DNA of 64,000 nucleotides from Candidatus Multivoradales bacterium (GTDB taxonomy: Bacteria > Acidobacteriota > Thermoanaerobaculia > Multivoradales > JAHEKO01). The translations under genes were made by a program, and so were the position numbers. The stretch lies in NCBI GenBank assembly GCA_965223855.1, contig CBDCXM010000009.1:2193054-2257053 (forward strand), given 5' to 3'. Positions 1 through 8,829 of this stretch are shown here, piece after piece. Under the pieces are notes generated by a model. It worked only from the letters and a program-made list of their open reading frames with translations, did not search any database and was not told where the DNA came from. How positions within the stretch are numbered: position 1 is the first letter of the stretch; every line of letters begins with the position of its first letter.

Positions 1-1344
1 CTGCTTTTCGACGTCCACCGCCTCGGGCTCGAACCACCGCCAGCGGCGGCAGCGGCACGGGCAGCTCGGGTCCTCGAACAGGTCGGAGCGGTCGCCTGGG
101 CGGCAGAACTCCTCGGCCGGGACGAAGCCGCCCTCGAGGCGACGACCCGTTACCTCGAGTCCTCCGGGCCGTGGCAGGAGCGTCTGGGCGCGCTGGCGGA
201 GGTGCTCGCTCCCGATGCCCGGGTCTCCTGGCGGGATGATGAGCGGGAGATCGTCCTCGTGGACGGGCCGGGAGGAGGCCAGGTGCTCGAGGAGTCGTGT
301 CATGGCGGCCGCGCCCGCGTCGCCTCGCCATGGGCCGGAGTCGCCGAGCGGCTGCTCGTCGCCGTCACGGCGCGCGATCTGCCGCAGAACCTGGTCGCCG
401 CTCCCCGCCGCGACGCCGGTCGCAGTCGTCATCGCAGCGCGATCCTCGGCACGAGCACCGTCCTGACGGCGGCCCTGGAGCGACTCGACCTGCTGGCCGG
501 GCGCGAGCTTCCGGTGCTGATTCTCGGCGAGACCGGGACCGGCAAGGAACTCGCTGCCCGCCGCCTCCACGGTGCGTCGAGCCGCTCCTCGGGGCCGTTC
601 GTTGCGGTCAACTGCGCCGAGCTCTCCGAGAACCTCCTCGTGTCGGAGCTCTTCGGCCATGTGCGCGGCGCCTTCACCGGTGCCGATCGCGATCGCGCGG
701 GGATCTTCGAGACCGCCGCCGGCGGGGTGGTGTTCCTCGACGAGATCGGCGACCTGCCGCTGACGGCGCAGGGCAAGTTGCTGCGGGTACTCCAGGAGCG
801 GGAGGTGCGGCGGGTGGGAGAGAGCGCGGCGCGGCCCGTGGACACCAGAGTCGTGGCCGCCACCCATCGCGACCTCGAGCGGCGGGTGGCGGAAAGGACG
901 TTCCGCCAGGATCTGTGGTTTCGGCTCGGCGCCGGTGTCGTCACGCTTCCTCCGTTGAGAGAGCGTGGCGAGGATCTGTTCATCCTGGCGGAACACTTCC
1001 TCGCCGAGGAGACGGTCGCCGGCGGCCTGACCGCTGAGGCGCGTCGGGCGCTCGGTGCCCACAACTGGCCGGGGAACGTCCGCGAGCTTCGCAACGTGCT
1101 GGCGGTTGCAGCGGCGCTTTCCCGCGGTGAAACGATCGAGGTGGAGCATCTGGGTCTGGCTCCTGCGCCGGCGACCCCCGGTGGCGGGTACCATGAGCAG
1201 GTCGAGGCGCTGCGGCGCCGGCTGGTTCGCGAGGCGCTCCAGAGGGCGTCCGGGAATCAGGCGGCGGCGGCTCGCGATCTCGGGTTGAGCCGCCAGGCGA
1301 TGTCCTATCTGGTGCGCCAGCTCGACATCGCACCGGAGTCGTGA
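1..1344 (+). CDS. Sigma-54-dependent transcriptional activator (NtrC/Fis family), 5'-partial. The reading frame is open from base 1.
   Basis: AAA+ sigma-54 interaction domain with Walker A 'ILGETGTGKELAARRLH', the 'GAFTGA'-like loop 'GAFTGADRDRAGIFE', and a C-terminal Fis-type HTH 'AAAARDLGLSRQAMSYLVRQL'. There is no stop between position 1 and the first ATG at 202, so the N-terminus lies upstream of the window. Confidence 0.85.
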   Translation: MLFDVHRLGLEPPPAAAAARAARVLEQVGAVAWAAELLGRDEAALEATTRYLESSGPWQERLGALAEVLAPDARVSWRDDEREIVLVDGPGGGQVLEESCHGGRARVASPWAGVAERLLVAVTARDLPQNLVAAPRRDAGRSRHRSAILGTSTVLTAALERLDLLAGRELPVLILGETGTGKELAARRLHGASSRSSGPFVAVNCAELSENLLVSELFGHVRGAFTGADRDRAGIFETAAGGVVFLDEIGDLPLTAQGKLLRVLQEREVRRVGESAARPVDTRVVAATHRDLERRVAERTFRQDLWFRLGAGVVTLPPLRERGEDLFILAEHFLAEETVAGGLTAEARRALGAHNWPGNVRELRNVLAVAAALSRGETIEVEHLGLAPAPATPGGGYHEQVEALRRRLVREALQRASGNQAAAARDLGLSRQAMSYLVRQLDIAPES

Positions 1345-1407
1345 AGACGTCCCAGCCGCGCTGAGCTCCGACACCGCACCGACCCCCCCAGAAGGCAACC
1401 GCCTCCG

Positions 1408-2328
1408 ATGCTGCGCTACGCGATCGCCCGCCTTGCCCAGACCGCACCGCTGGCGCTCGTCGTCTGCGCCCTCGTCTTCTCGTTGCTGCACCTGATCCCG
1501 GGTGACCCGGTCGAGATCATGCTCGGCGACGGGGCGCGGCCGGCCCAGGTCGAGGCTCTCCGCGCCGAGCTCGGCCTCGACCGCCCGTTCTACGTGCAGT
1601 TCGTGGACTACTTCGCCGGGCTCCTGCGGCTCGATCTGGGTGAGTCACTCAGGTTCCGGCGTCCGGTGACGACGCTGCTGCTGGAGCACTATCCGGCTAC
1701 GCTCGCCCTCGCCGCTGCCAGCATGGTCGCGGCGTTGCTGCTGGCCGTCCCGCTGGGGATCGTGGCGGCCCTCAGGAGAGGGCGGGCGATCGATCACGCC
1801 TCGCGGATCGCGGCGCTCATGGGGGTGTCGATCCCGAACTTCTGGCTCGGTCCGATGCTCATCTGGTGGTTCGCCATCCAGCTCGACTGGTTGCCGGTCT
1901 CGGGGCGCGGCGACTGGCGCCATCTGGTGCTTCCGGCGATCACGCTCGGGACGGCACTCGCCGGCCTGCTGACCCGCATGGTGCGCTCGTCGCTGGCGCA
2001 GGAGCTTACGGCTCCCTATCTGGTCGCCGCCCGGGCGAAGGGGCTGAGCCGCTCCGCGGCGGTGGCACGACACGGTCTGCGCAATGCGGCGATACCGGTC
2101 GTCACTGTCGTCGGACTCCAGTTCGGCGCGCTGCTGACCGGTGCGATCATCACCGAAACGATCTTCTCCTGGCCCGGCCTCGGGCGCCTGATCGTGCAGG
2201 CGATCCAGGCGCGCGACTATCCCCTGGTGCAGGGGGGCGTCCTCGCGATCGCCCTGAGCTATCTGCTGATCAACCTGCTGACCGACCTGACCTACGCGGT
2301 GCTCGATGCGCGAATCAGGCTGCGATGA
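1408..2328 (+). CDS. dppB: ABC transporter permease, DppB/OppB family
   Basis: N-terminus 'MLRYAIARLAQTAPLALVVCALVFSLLHLIPGDPVEIMLGD' is typical of DppB/OppB. Multi-TM protein with the EAA-like region 'AARAKGLSRSAAVARHGLRNAAIPV'. Confidence 0.85.
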   Translation: MLRYAIARLAQTAPLALVVCALVFSLLHLIPGDPVEIMLGDGARPAQVEALRAELGLDRPFYVQFVDYFAGLLRLDLGESLRFRRPVTTLLLEHYPATLALAAASMVAALLLAVPLGIVAALRRGRAIDHASRIAALMGVSIPNFWLGPMLIWWFAIQLDWLPVSGRGDWRHLVLPAITLGTALAGLLTRMVRSSLAQELTAPYLVAARAKGLSRSAAVARHGLRNAAIPVVTVVGLQFGALLTGAIITETIFSWPGLGRLIVQAIQARDYPLVQGGVLAIALSYLLINLLTDLTYAVLDARIRLR

Positions 2329-2794
2329 CCGCCGGAGCGAAGCGCGCCACCAGCGCCTCGAGGCGGCGCACGTCGGTTTCGTCGAAGGCCGCCGGCTGAT
2401 GAGAATCGACGTCGAGTACGGCTACGACCGCCCCCTGTCCGTCGCGGATCGGCACCACGACCTCCGAGCGCGCTGCCGCGTCGCAAGCTATATGCCCGGG
2501 AAAGGCGTGCACGTCGGGTACGAGCTGGCTTTTGCCGCTGGTGGCGGCAGCGCCGCAGACGCCTCGCTCGAACGGGATGTCGACGCAGGCCACCGGGCCC
2601 TGGAACGGCCCGACTCTCAGCAGCTCCGGCGCGACGACACGGTAGAAGCCGGTCCAGCTCGCGTAGGGGAGCGCCGCGTGAATCGCTGCGGCCACGTTGG
2701 CCATCGTCGCCACTGGATCTCCCGGCCCGGTCAGCAGGCCCTCGATCTCGAGCGCCAGAGTGTCGTAGAGCGAGTCCTTTTCCTCCGGGCTCAT
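2315..2794 (-). CDS. GAF-domain protein, free methionine-(R)-sulfoxide reductase (fRMsr/MsrC)-like
   Basis: 159 aa. 'GFYRV...VGPFQGPVACVDIPFERGVCGAAATSGKSQLVPDVHAFPGHIACDAAARSEVVVPI' matches the fRMsr GAF fold, with conserved cysteines around the active site. Overlaps the 3' end of dppB by 14 nt on the opposite strand. Confidence 0.7.
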   Translation of the reverse strand: MSPEEKDSLYDTLALEIEGLLTGPGDPVATMANVAAAIHAALPYASWTGFYRVVAPELLRVGPFQGPVACVDIPFERGVCGAAATSGKSQLVPDVHAFPGHIACDAAARSEVVVPIRDGQGAVVAVLDVDSHQPAAFDETDVRRLEALVARFAPAVIAA

Positions 2795-2820
2795 GCGCCG
2801 ATTCTAGTGCGAGCGCGAGG

Positions 2821-3687
2821 ATGAGAGCTCTCCTGCGATCGGGTACGAGGGAAGGGGGTCCACGTCGGCGACCGGTCGGCCTGTGGATCGGCGGCGGGCT
2901 CGCCCTGGTCGTCACTCTGGTGGCCCTGCTCGCGCCCTGGTTCCTCCCGGGCGACGGCGGCGAGCAACGGCTCGACCGGCGGCTCGAAGGGCCGAGCCGG
3001 GAGCATCCCCTCGGTCTCGACGAGCTCGGTCGCGACATCCTCTCCCGGCTTCTCGAGGGGACGCGCGTCTCGTTCGGTGTCGGCCTTGCGGTCGTCCTGC
3101 TGGCAGGAGGGTTGGGGACTCTGGTCGGAGCGGTCGCCGGCTACTTCGGAGGCCGGGTCGACGCGGCGCTGATGCGGCTGACCGATGTCTTCATGTCTTT
3201 CCCCGGGATCCTCCTCGCGATCGCCCTCGTCGCGGTGCTCGGTCCGGCGCTGCGCCACGTGGTGCTTGCGCTGGTCGTGATCGGTTGGGTCGGCTACGCA
3301 CGTCTGGTCCGAGGGCAGGCGCTCAAGCTCAGGGAGACCGAGTTCGTCCTCTCTGCCCGCGCGGCCGGCCTGTCCGCCCCGGCGATCCTCGCCCGCCACG
3401 TCCTACCGAACATTCTCCCGCTGCTCGTCGTTCAGGCGAGCCTCGGAATGGCCGGGGCGATCCTGTCGGAGGCGAGCCTCTCGTTCCTCGGTCTCGGCAT
3501 CCAGCCGCCGACGCCGTCGTGGGGCGCGATGATCAACGCCGGTCGCAGCCACCTGATCGGCGCACCCCATCTGGCGCTGTTCCCCGGCCTCGCCATCCTG
3601 GCGACGGTGATGGGGCTCAACTTCCTGGGGGACGCCCTCGTCGAATGGCTGGAGCCGGAGCGCGATCCGGCGGAGTCGGGGCCCTGA
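2821..3687 (+). CDS. dppC: ABC transporter permease, DppC/OppC family
   Basis: 'LGTDELGRDILSRLLEG' N-terminal signature of OppC/DppC, 6 TM segments, EAA motif 'SARAAGLSAPAILARHVLPN'. Confidence 0.85.
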   Translation: MRALLRSGTREGGPRRRPVGLWIGGGLALVVTLVALLAPWFLPGDGGEQRLDRRLEGPSREHPLGLDELGRDILSRLLEGTRVSFGVGLAVVLLAGGLGTLVGAVAGYFGGRVDAALMRLTDVFMSFPGILLAIALVAVLGPALRHVVLALVVIGWVGYARLVRGQALKLRETEFVLSARAAGLSAPAILARHVLPNILPLLVVQASLGMAGAILSEASLSFLGLGIQPPTPSWGAMINAGRSHLIGAPHLALFPGLAILATVMGLNFLGDALVEWLEPERDPAESGP

Positions 3688-4173
3688 CCACGAGGCTCCG
3701 GCTCCTTCCAGGCGAGGTTCGAGGGCCAGGCGAGGCCCGGGGGCTCCTGCCGAGTCGTTCGCATTCTGTGGGAGGTTGCGACCTTCGTCGTCCGGCAGAC
3801 GGGCGCTAGAGGGTCCTCGACGCTGGACCGGAACCACCCCCACGAACGGCCCTGGGAGTGACCGCACTCGGTCGGCAGGTGGGGTTGCTCTCTTCCGGTC
3901 AGGCCGGTGAGCCGGTCGCCGGAGCCGGTTGTCGGAGCCGGGCCGGACGAGGACCGTCTCCTGCCTCAGCCTGCCCGCCTGCGTCTGCTCCCGGACGGGT
4001 GCGTCGGGAGTACCTGCCGCCACATGGGCCTACGCCGTCCTACCTGGAGCCTTCGCGAACGGCGCGGGCATTCGACTTCGGTCCTTCTTCGGAATTGCAA
4101 GACCCGATCCCCTCGCATCCGGTCCGCTCCCGCGATCGAAAAGTCAAGCAGCAAGGTGCGAGATTCTGCATTT

Positions 4174-4206
4174 GACCGACCACATCCTTTACACAACAAT
4201 CGAAAC
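4174..4206 (+). promoter_or_regulatory. Candidate sigma70-like promoter for the basic DNA-binding protein gene
   Basis: 'TTGACC' followed about 17 nt later by the A/T-rich 'AACAAT'. It lies in a locally AT-richer stretch ('tttgaccgaccacatcctttacacaacaatcg') about 60 nt upstream of the ATG at 4264. Confidence 0.3.
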
Positions 4207-4263
4207 GGCTCGAAGAACCCCGAACAGGAGGGCGGTTGACGCGCCTTCCGAGAAAGGAGTGAC

Positions 4264-4971
4264 ATGGCAGCAAGAAAGTCGAGCGGGTCGAAGGCCCGCG
4301 CTGGCAGCAAGAAGAAAGCGGCGCGCAAGAGCGCAAAGAAAACCGCGGCAAAGCGCGGCAGGCCTCCCAAGCTTTATACCCTCACCGAGATCGGGAAGCT
4401 GGCGGGCATTTCCATGCCGACGCTGCAGAAGTACAAGCGCGAGTATCAGGACCGCATTCCGTCGGTGGGCGAAGGGCGCAAGCAGCGCTATCCGAAGAGC
4501 GCGATCAAGGCTCTCCAGAAGATCAAGCAGGAGAATCTCGCCAAGAGAGGGCGCCCGCCGCGCGCGAAGACCGGTGGCTCGCGAGCCGGCGGCCCAAAGG
4601 CTGGTGGCTCGGGCCGCAAGCGGGCTGCCAGGTCGGCGGCGACTGCCGCGGGACTGCTGACGCTCAAGGAGGTGCAGCGCCGGACCGGAATCTCCTACCC
4701 GACGCTGTCGCGCTACGTGAAGCTGTTTCTCGACCGCATTCCGCACGAGGGGAGCGGTCGGACCCGCCGTTTCCCCGAAGAGGCAGTCGACGTCTTCCGG
4801 CAGATTCGCAGCGAAAGCAAGCCTGGCCGGCCCGCCGGGAAGTCCTCGGCGAAGGGTGGCGGTGAGACCGATCGCGATCTGGCGACTCGGATCCGCCGGC
4901 TCGAGAAGGCGGTGGCCGATCTCGTCGTCAGCCTCAAGAAGCCGATTCAGGTCACGATCAAGGGTCGCTGA
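4264..4971 (+). CDS. Basic histone-like DNA-binding protein with AT-hooks and two HTH_17 (excisionase/MerR-like) domains
   Basis: K/A/R-rich N-terminus 'MAARKSSGSKARAGSKKKAARKSAKKTAAK', like a histone H1 tail. AT-hook cores 'KRGRPPK' (aa 30-36), 'KRGRPPRAK' (aa 94-102) and 'KPGRPAGK' (aa 187-194). Two related HTH_17-like segments: 'YTLTEIGKLAGISMPTLQKYKREYQDRIPSVGEGRKQRYPKSAIKAL' and 'LTLKEVQRRTGISYPTLSRYVKLFLDRIPHEGSGRTRRFPEEAVDVF'. Good SD 'gaaaggag' before the ATG. Confidence 0.6.
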   Translation: MAARKSSGSKARAGSKKKAARKSAKKTAAKRGRPPKLYTLTEIGKLAGISMPTLQKYKREYQDRIPSVGEGRKQRYPKSAIKALQKIKQENLAKRGRPPRAKTGGSRAGGPKAGGSGRKRAARSAATAAGLLTLKEVQRRTGISYPTLSRYVKLFLDRIPHEGSGRTRRFPEEAVDVFRQIRSESKPGRPAGKSSAKGGGETDRDLATRIRRLEKAVADLVVSLKKPIQVTIKGR

Positions 4972-5962
4972 CGTCGGCGAAGTGGTCCCACCCGCTGATT
5001 GGCAGCGGGTGGCGACCGTCGCCGTCGATCACCTCCAGGCGGTCGCCCGGCTGGGTGAAGCCGATGGCGGTCGCATCGAACCGGTCGGGGACGCGCACCG
5101 TGGGCGGAAGGGCGAACAGCAGAACGTAGTCTTCGCCGCCGCCCAGAGCGACGTCGATCGGCTCGATCCCGAGTCGCCGCTCGAGGGGAGCGAGGCTGCG
5201 GTCGAGCGGCAGCCGGTCGATCTGCACGACCGCTCCCACGCCGCTCTCGCGGGTCAGCCGGGCGAGGTCGATCGCCAGGCCGTCCGAGACGTCGATGACG
5301 GCGCATCTGCGTCGCATCGCGAGCCAGGCTCCGAGGTCGAGCTGCGGTTCGGGGGCGAGGTGGCGCCGAACCGCGCGCTTTGCTGCCCGGGCGAGGGAGC
5401 CGTCCGCCTCGAGTTCCGTCGGTAGCGCGACGCGATTTCCCGCCAGCCTCGCTCCCCGGGCGACACAGGCCTGGCCGAGTGCAGAGGCGCCGAGCGTGCC
5501 GCCGACCCACAGGGTGTCCCCGGGGATCGCACCCCGACGACGCACCCAGCGGCCTCTAGCCTGTCTCCGGCCGCTCAGTACGAGCGAGGTGACGGCTGTC
5601 GGAGCCGTCGCCATGTCGCCACCTGCGAGAGCGATCTGCTGCCGCTCGCAGGCGAGGACCATGGCGTCGAGGAACCTGCGTCTGTCGAAGTCGGCGGGGA
5701 TCGCCAGGGTGAGCAGGGCCGCTTCCGGAACGGCCCCCATCGCGGCCAGGTCGGAGAGGTTGACGGCCAGCAGACGACGCGCCCACACCGCCTCATCCAG
5801 ATCTTCCGGCACGTGCACGCCGGCGACCTGCTGATCGACGGTCCAGGCTCGCTCGGCGCTGCCGCGGCCCAGGATCGCAGCGTCGTCGCCCGGCCGATCG
5901 TCACCGGCGGGAAGCCTCCGTCGCAACCAGGCGACGAGACCGTCTTCGCGGTGCCCGCTCAA
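4958..5962 (-). CDS. thiL: Thiamine-monophosphate kinase
   Basis: AIR-synthase-related fold. 'GDDAAILG', 'LAVNLSDLAAMGAVP' and 'IALAGGDMA' are characteristic of ThiL. Confidence 0.8.
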   Translation of the reverse strand: MSGHREDGLVAWLRRRLPAGDDRPGDDAAILGRGSAERAWTVDQQVAGVHVPEDLDEAVWARRLLAVNLSDLAAMGAVPEAALLTLAIPADFDRRRFLDAMVLACERQQIALAGGDMATAPTAVTSLVLSGRRQARGRWVRRRGAIPGDTLWVGGTLGASALGQACVARGARLAGNRVALPTELEADGSLARAAKRAVRRHLAPEPQLDLGAWLAMRRRCAVIDVSDGLAIDLARLTRESGVGAVVQIDRLPLDRSLAPLERRLGIEPIDVALGGGEDYVLLFALPPTVRVPDRFDATAIGFTQPGDRLEVIDGDGRHPLPISGWDHFADVSDP

Positions 5963-5975
5963 GCTCCCGGCCCGG

Positions 5976-8354
5976 TCATCGGTCGAGCGCGATGTCGAGG
6001 ACTTCCGACATGTGCTCGACGTGATGGAACTCGAGCCCTTCCACGACGTCCTCCGCGATCTCGGCGAGGTCGCGGAGGTTGAGCTTCGGAATCACGATCT
6101 GGCGGATGCCGGCGGCGCGGGCTGCCAGCACCTTCTCCTTGAGCCCGCCGATCGGCAGCACGTCACCTCGCAGGGTGATTTCTCCGGTCATCGCGACGCG
6201 TCGTCGCACCGGCCTTTCCTCGAGCACGGAGAGGATGGCCGCGGCGATCGTAATGCCGGCCGACGGGCCGTCCTTGGGCACCGAGCCGGCGGGCACGTGG
6301 ACGTGGAGGTCGTGCTTCGCGAAGTAGTCCGTCGGAAGCTCGCTGTCGGCGGCGCGGGCGCGGGCAAAGCTCAGCGCCGCCTGTGCCGACTCCTTCATCA
6401 CGTCGCCGAGCTGTCCGGTGAGATGCAGCTTGCCGCTACCCGGTACCGGGACCACCTCGATGAACAGCAGGTCGCCGCCGACCTCTGTCCATGCGAGTCC
6501 GGTGGCGACGCCGATTCGATCGCGATCGAGCAGTTCCTCGCTGAAGTGGCGGCGGGGGCCCAGCAGGTCGGCGATCGAGTCGACGCTCAGCGACACCTTC
6601 GTGGCGGTCCCTCCGGCGATCCGGACCGCCGCCTTCCGGCAGACTCTGGCGATCTCGCGCTCGAGGTTGCGAAGGCCGGCCTCACGCGTGTAGTGCTCGA
6701 CGATCCTCCGCAGCGCCGCGTCCGTGAATCCGAGTTGCGACTTCCTGAGCCCGTGCTGTTCGAGTTGTCGGGGGACGAGATGGCGGCGGGCGATCTCCAC
6801 CTTCTCGTCGACGGTGTATCCGGAGAGACGCAGTACCTCCATCCGGTCGCGAAAGGCGGGTTGGATCGGCTCGAGGAGGTTGGCCGTCGTGAGGAAGAGC
6901 ACCTTGGAAAGATCGTAGGGGACGCCGAGGTAATGGTCGCTGAACTCGGAGTTCTGCTCCGGGTCGAGCACCTCGAGCAGTGCCGAGGAGGGGTCACCGC
7001 GGAAGTCGGCGCCGATCTTGTCGATCTCGTCGAGCATGAACACCGGGTTGGAGGTTCCCGCGCGTTCGATCGCCTGCAGGATCCGCCCCGGCATCGCGCC
7101 GACATAGGTTCGTCTGTGGCCGCGAATCTCCGCCTCGTCTCTCACACCGCCCAGAGAGAGCCGGCAGAACTCCCGCCCCAGCGCGCGGGCGATGGCTCGG
7201 CCGAGTGAGGTCTTGCCGACCCCGGGAGGACCGACGAGACAGAGGATCGGGCCCTTCTGGGCAGGGTTGAGTCGTCGCACCGCGAGGTGCTCGATCACCC
7301 TTTCCTTGACCCGCTCCAGTCCATGATGGTCCTCGTCGAGAACGTCGCGGGCGCGATCGAGGTCGAGGTTGTCCTCGCTGACATGCCCCCATGGCAGGCC
7401 CGTGAGGGTCTCGAGGTAGGTGCGCAGTACCGAGGTTTCCGCGCTCTCGGGATGGGTCCGCTCGAGACGCTGGCACTGACGCTCCAACTCATCGACCGCC
7501 TCCTGTGGCATCGCGCGCTCCTGCGCGGCCGCGCGGTAGCCGGCGATCTCCTCGGTCAGCTCGGCGCCGTCTCCGAGTTCGTCCTGGATCGCCTTGAGCT
7601 GCTGGCGGAGGTAGTACTCCCGCTGGCTCTTCTCCATCTCGTCGCGTGCCTGCAACGAGATCTGCTGCTGCATGTCGAGCAGCTCGACCTCCCGGGCGAG
7701 CAGCCGGTGCACCCGGTCGAGCCGGGCGGCCGGATCGAGGGTGGCGAGAATCTCCTGCGCCTCGCTGCCGACAAGCTCGAGGTTGCTTGCCGCGAGGTCG
7801 GCGAGCCGGCCCGGGTCCTCGAGGTTGGCGGCGAGGATCATGACCTCCGGCGAGATCTGCTTGCCGAGATGAACGACCCGCTCGAGGTTCTCCTTGACCG
7901 AGCGCACCCGCGCTTCGACTTCCAGCGCCTCCTCGTGGTCGGGGGGCGTTGCGTCGAGGGCCTCGTCCGGGCCGCCCTCGGGCAGTTGGGTGATCTTCGC
8001 CTGGAGGTAGGGCTCGGTCTGGCTGAAGTGCTCGACGCGCACCCGTGACAGGCCCTGCACGAGGATCCGGATCCTCCCGTCCGGCAGCTTGAGCATTCGC
8101 ATGATGAGGGCCGCGGTGCCGAGCTTGTGAAGCTCGTCCGGTGTCGGCTGCTCGGAGTGAGGGTCGACCTGTGTCGACAGAAGGATCAGCCGATCCTCGG
8201 CCAGCGCTCGATCGACGGCGGCGAGGCTCGCTTCGCGGCCGACCGAGAGCGGCAGGATGATGTAGGGGAAGAGGACGGTGTTCTTGAGCGGCAGGACCGG
8301 CAGCACGTCCGGCAATCGGACCGACTCCTCGGTCTGTGGGGGCAGCTGAGTCAC
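5976..8354 (-). CDS. lon: ATP-dependent Lon protease
   Basis: N-terminal LON substrate-binding domain '[24 protein letters not shown]', AAA+ Walker A '[15 protein letters not shown]', S16 catalytic serine motif '[17 protein letters not shown]', 792 aa. Confidence 0.95.
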   Translation of the reverse strand: MTQLPPQTEESVRLPDVLPVLPLKNTVLFPYIILPLSVGREASLAAVDRALAEDRLILLSTQVDPHSEQPTPDELHKLGTAALIMRMLKLPDGRIRILVQGLSRVRVEHFSQTEPYLQAKITQLPEGGPDEALDATPPDHEEALEVEARVRSVKENLERVVHLGKQISPEVMILAANLEDPGRLADLAASNLELVGSEAQEILATLDPAARLDRVHRLLAREVELLDMQQQISLQARDEMEKSQREYYLRQQLKAIQDELGDGAELTEEIAGYRAAAQERAMPQEAVDELERQCQRLERTHPESAETSVLRTYLETLTGLPWGHVSEDNLDLDRARDVLDEDHHGLERVKERVIEHLAVRRLNPAQKGPILCLVGPPGVGKTSLGRAIARALGREFCRLSLGGVRDEAEIRGHRRTYVGAMPGRILQAIERAGTSNPVFMLDEIDKIGADFRGDPSSALLEVLDPEQNSEFSDHYLGVPYDLSKVLFLTTANLLEPIQPAFRDRMEVLRLSGYTVDEKVEIARRHLVPRQLEQHGLRKSQLGFTDAALRRIVEHYTREAGLRNLEREIARVCRKAAVRIAGGTATKVSLSVDSIADLLGPRRHFSEELLDRDRIGVATGLAWTEVGGDLLFIEVVPVPGSGKLHLTGQLGDVMKESAQAALSFARARAADSELPTDYFAKHDLHVHVPAGSVPKDGPSAGITIAAAILSVLEERPVRRRVAMTGEITLRGDVLPIGGLKEKVLAARAAGIRQIVIPKLNLRDLAEIAEDVVEGLEFHHVEHMSEVLDIALDR

Positions 8355-8361
8355 TCGGCCG

Positions 8362-8820
8362 TCAGCTTCGCTGAGTCACGAGGTTGCGGACCTCGTCCAT
8401 GAACGCTTCGATGTCCTCGAACTGCCGGTAGACCGAGGCGAAACGGACGTAGGCGACCTGGTCGAGCTCCTTGAGGCCCTTCATCAGAACGGCGCCGATC
8501 TCGGTCGTCGAGATCTCGCGGTCCTCGCTCTCGCTCAGCCTCAGCTCGACGTCGTTGACGATTTCCTCGAGGTCGCGCGTGGCGACCGGTCGCTTCTCGC
8601 ACGCCTTGCGCAGTCCGGTCATCAGCTTGCCGCGGTCGAACTCGGCCCGCGAGCCGTCGCGCTTGACGACCATGTAGGGGATGTCTTCGAGCCGCTCGTA
8701 CGACGTGAAACGCCTGCCGCAGGCGAGGCACTCCCGGCGTCTCCGAATCGCCAGTCCGTCACGGTTCTCGCGCGAATCGACGACGCGGTCGTCGTTCGCC
8801 GAACAGTAGGGACACTTCAT
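8362..8820 (-). CDS. nrdR: Transcriptional repressor NrdR
   Basis: 'MKCPYCSANDDRVVDSRENRDGLAIRRRRECLACGRRFTSYERLE', a zinc ribbon plus ATP-cone, with a very typical NrdR N-terminus. Confidence 0.9.
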   Translation of the reverse strand: MKCPYCSANDDRVVDSRENRDGLAIRRRRECLACGRRFTSYERLEDIPYMVVKRDGSRAEFDRGKLMTGLRKACEKRPVATRDLEEIVNDVELRLSESEDREISTTEIGAVLMKGLKELDQVAYVRFASVYRQFEDIEAFMDEVRNLVTQRS

Positions 8821-8829
8821 CTCGAGGCG

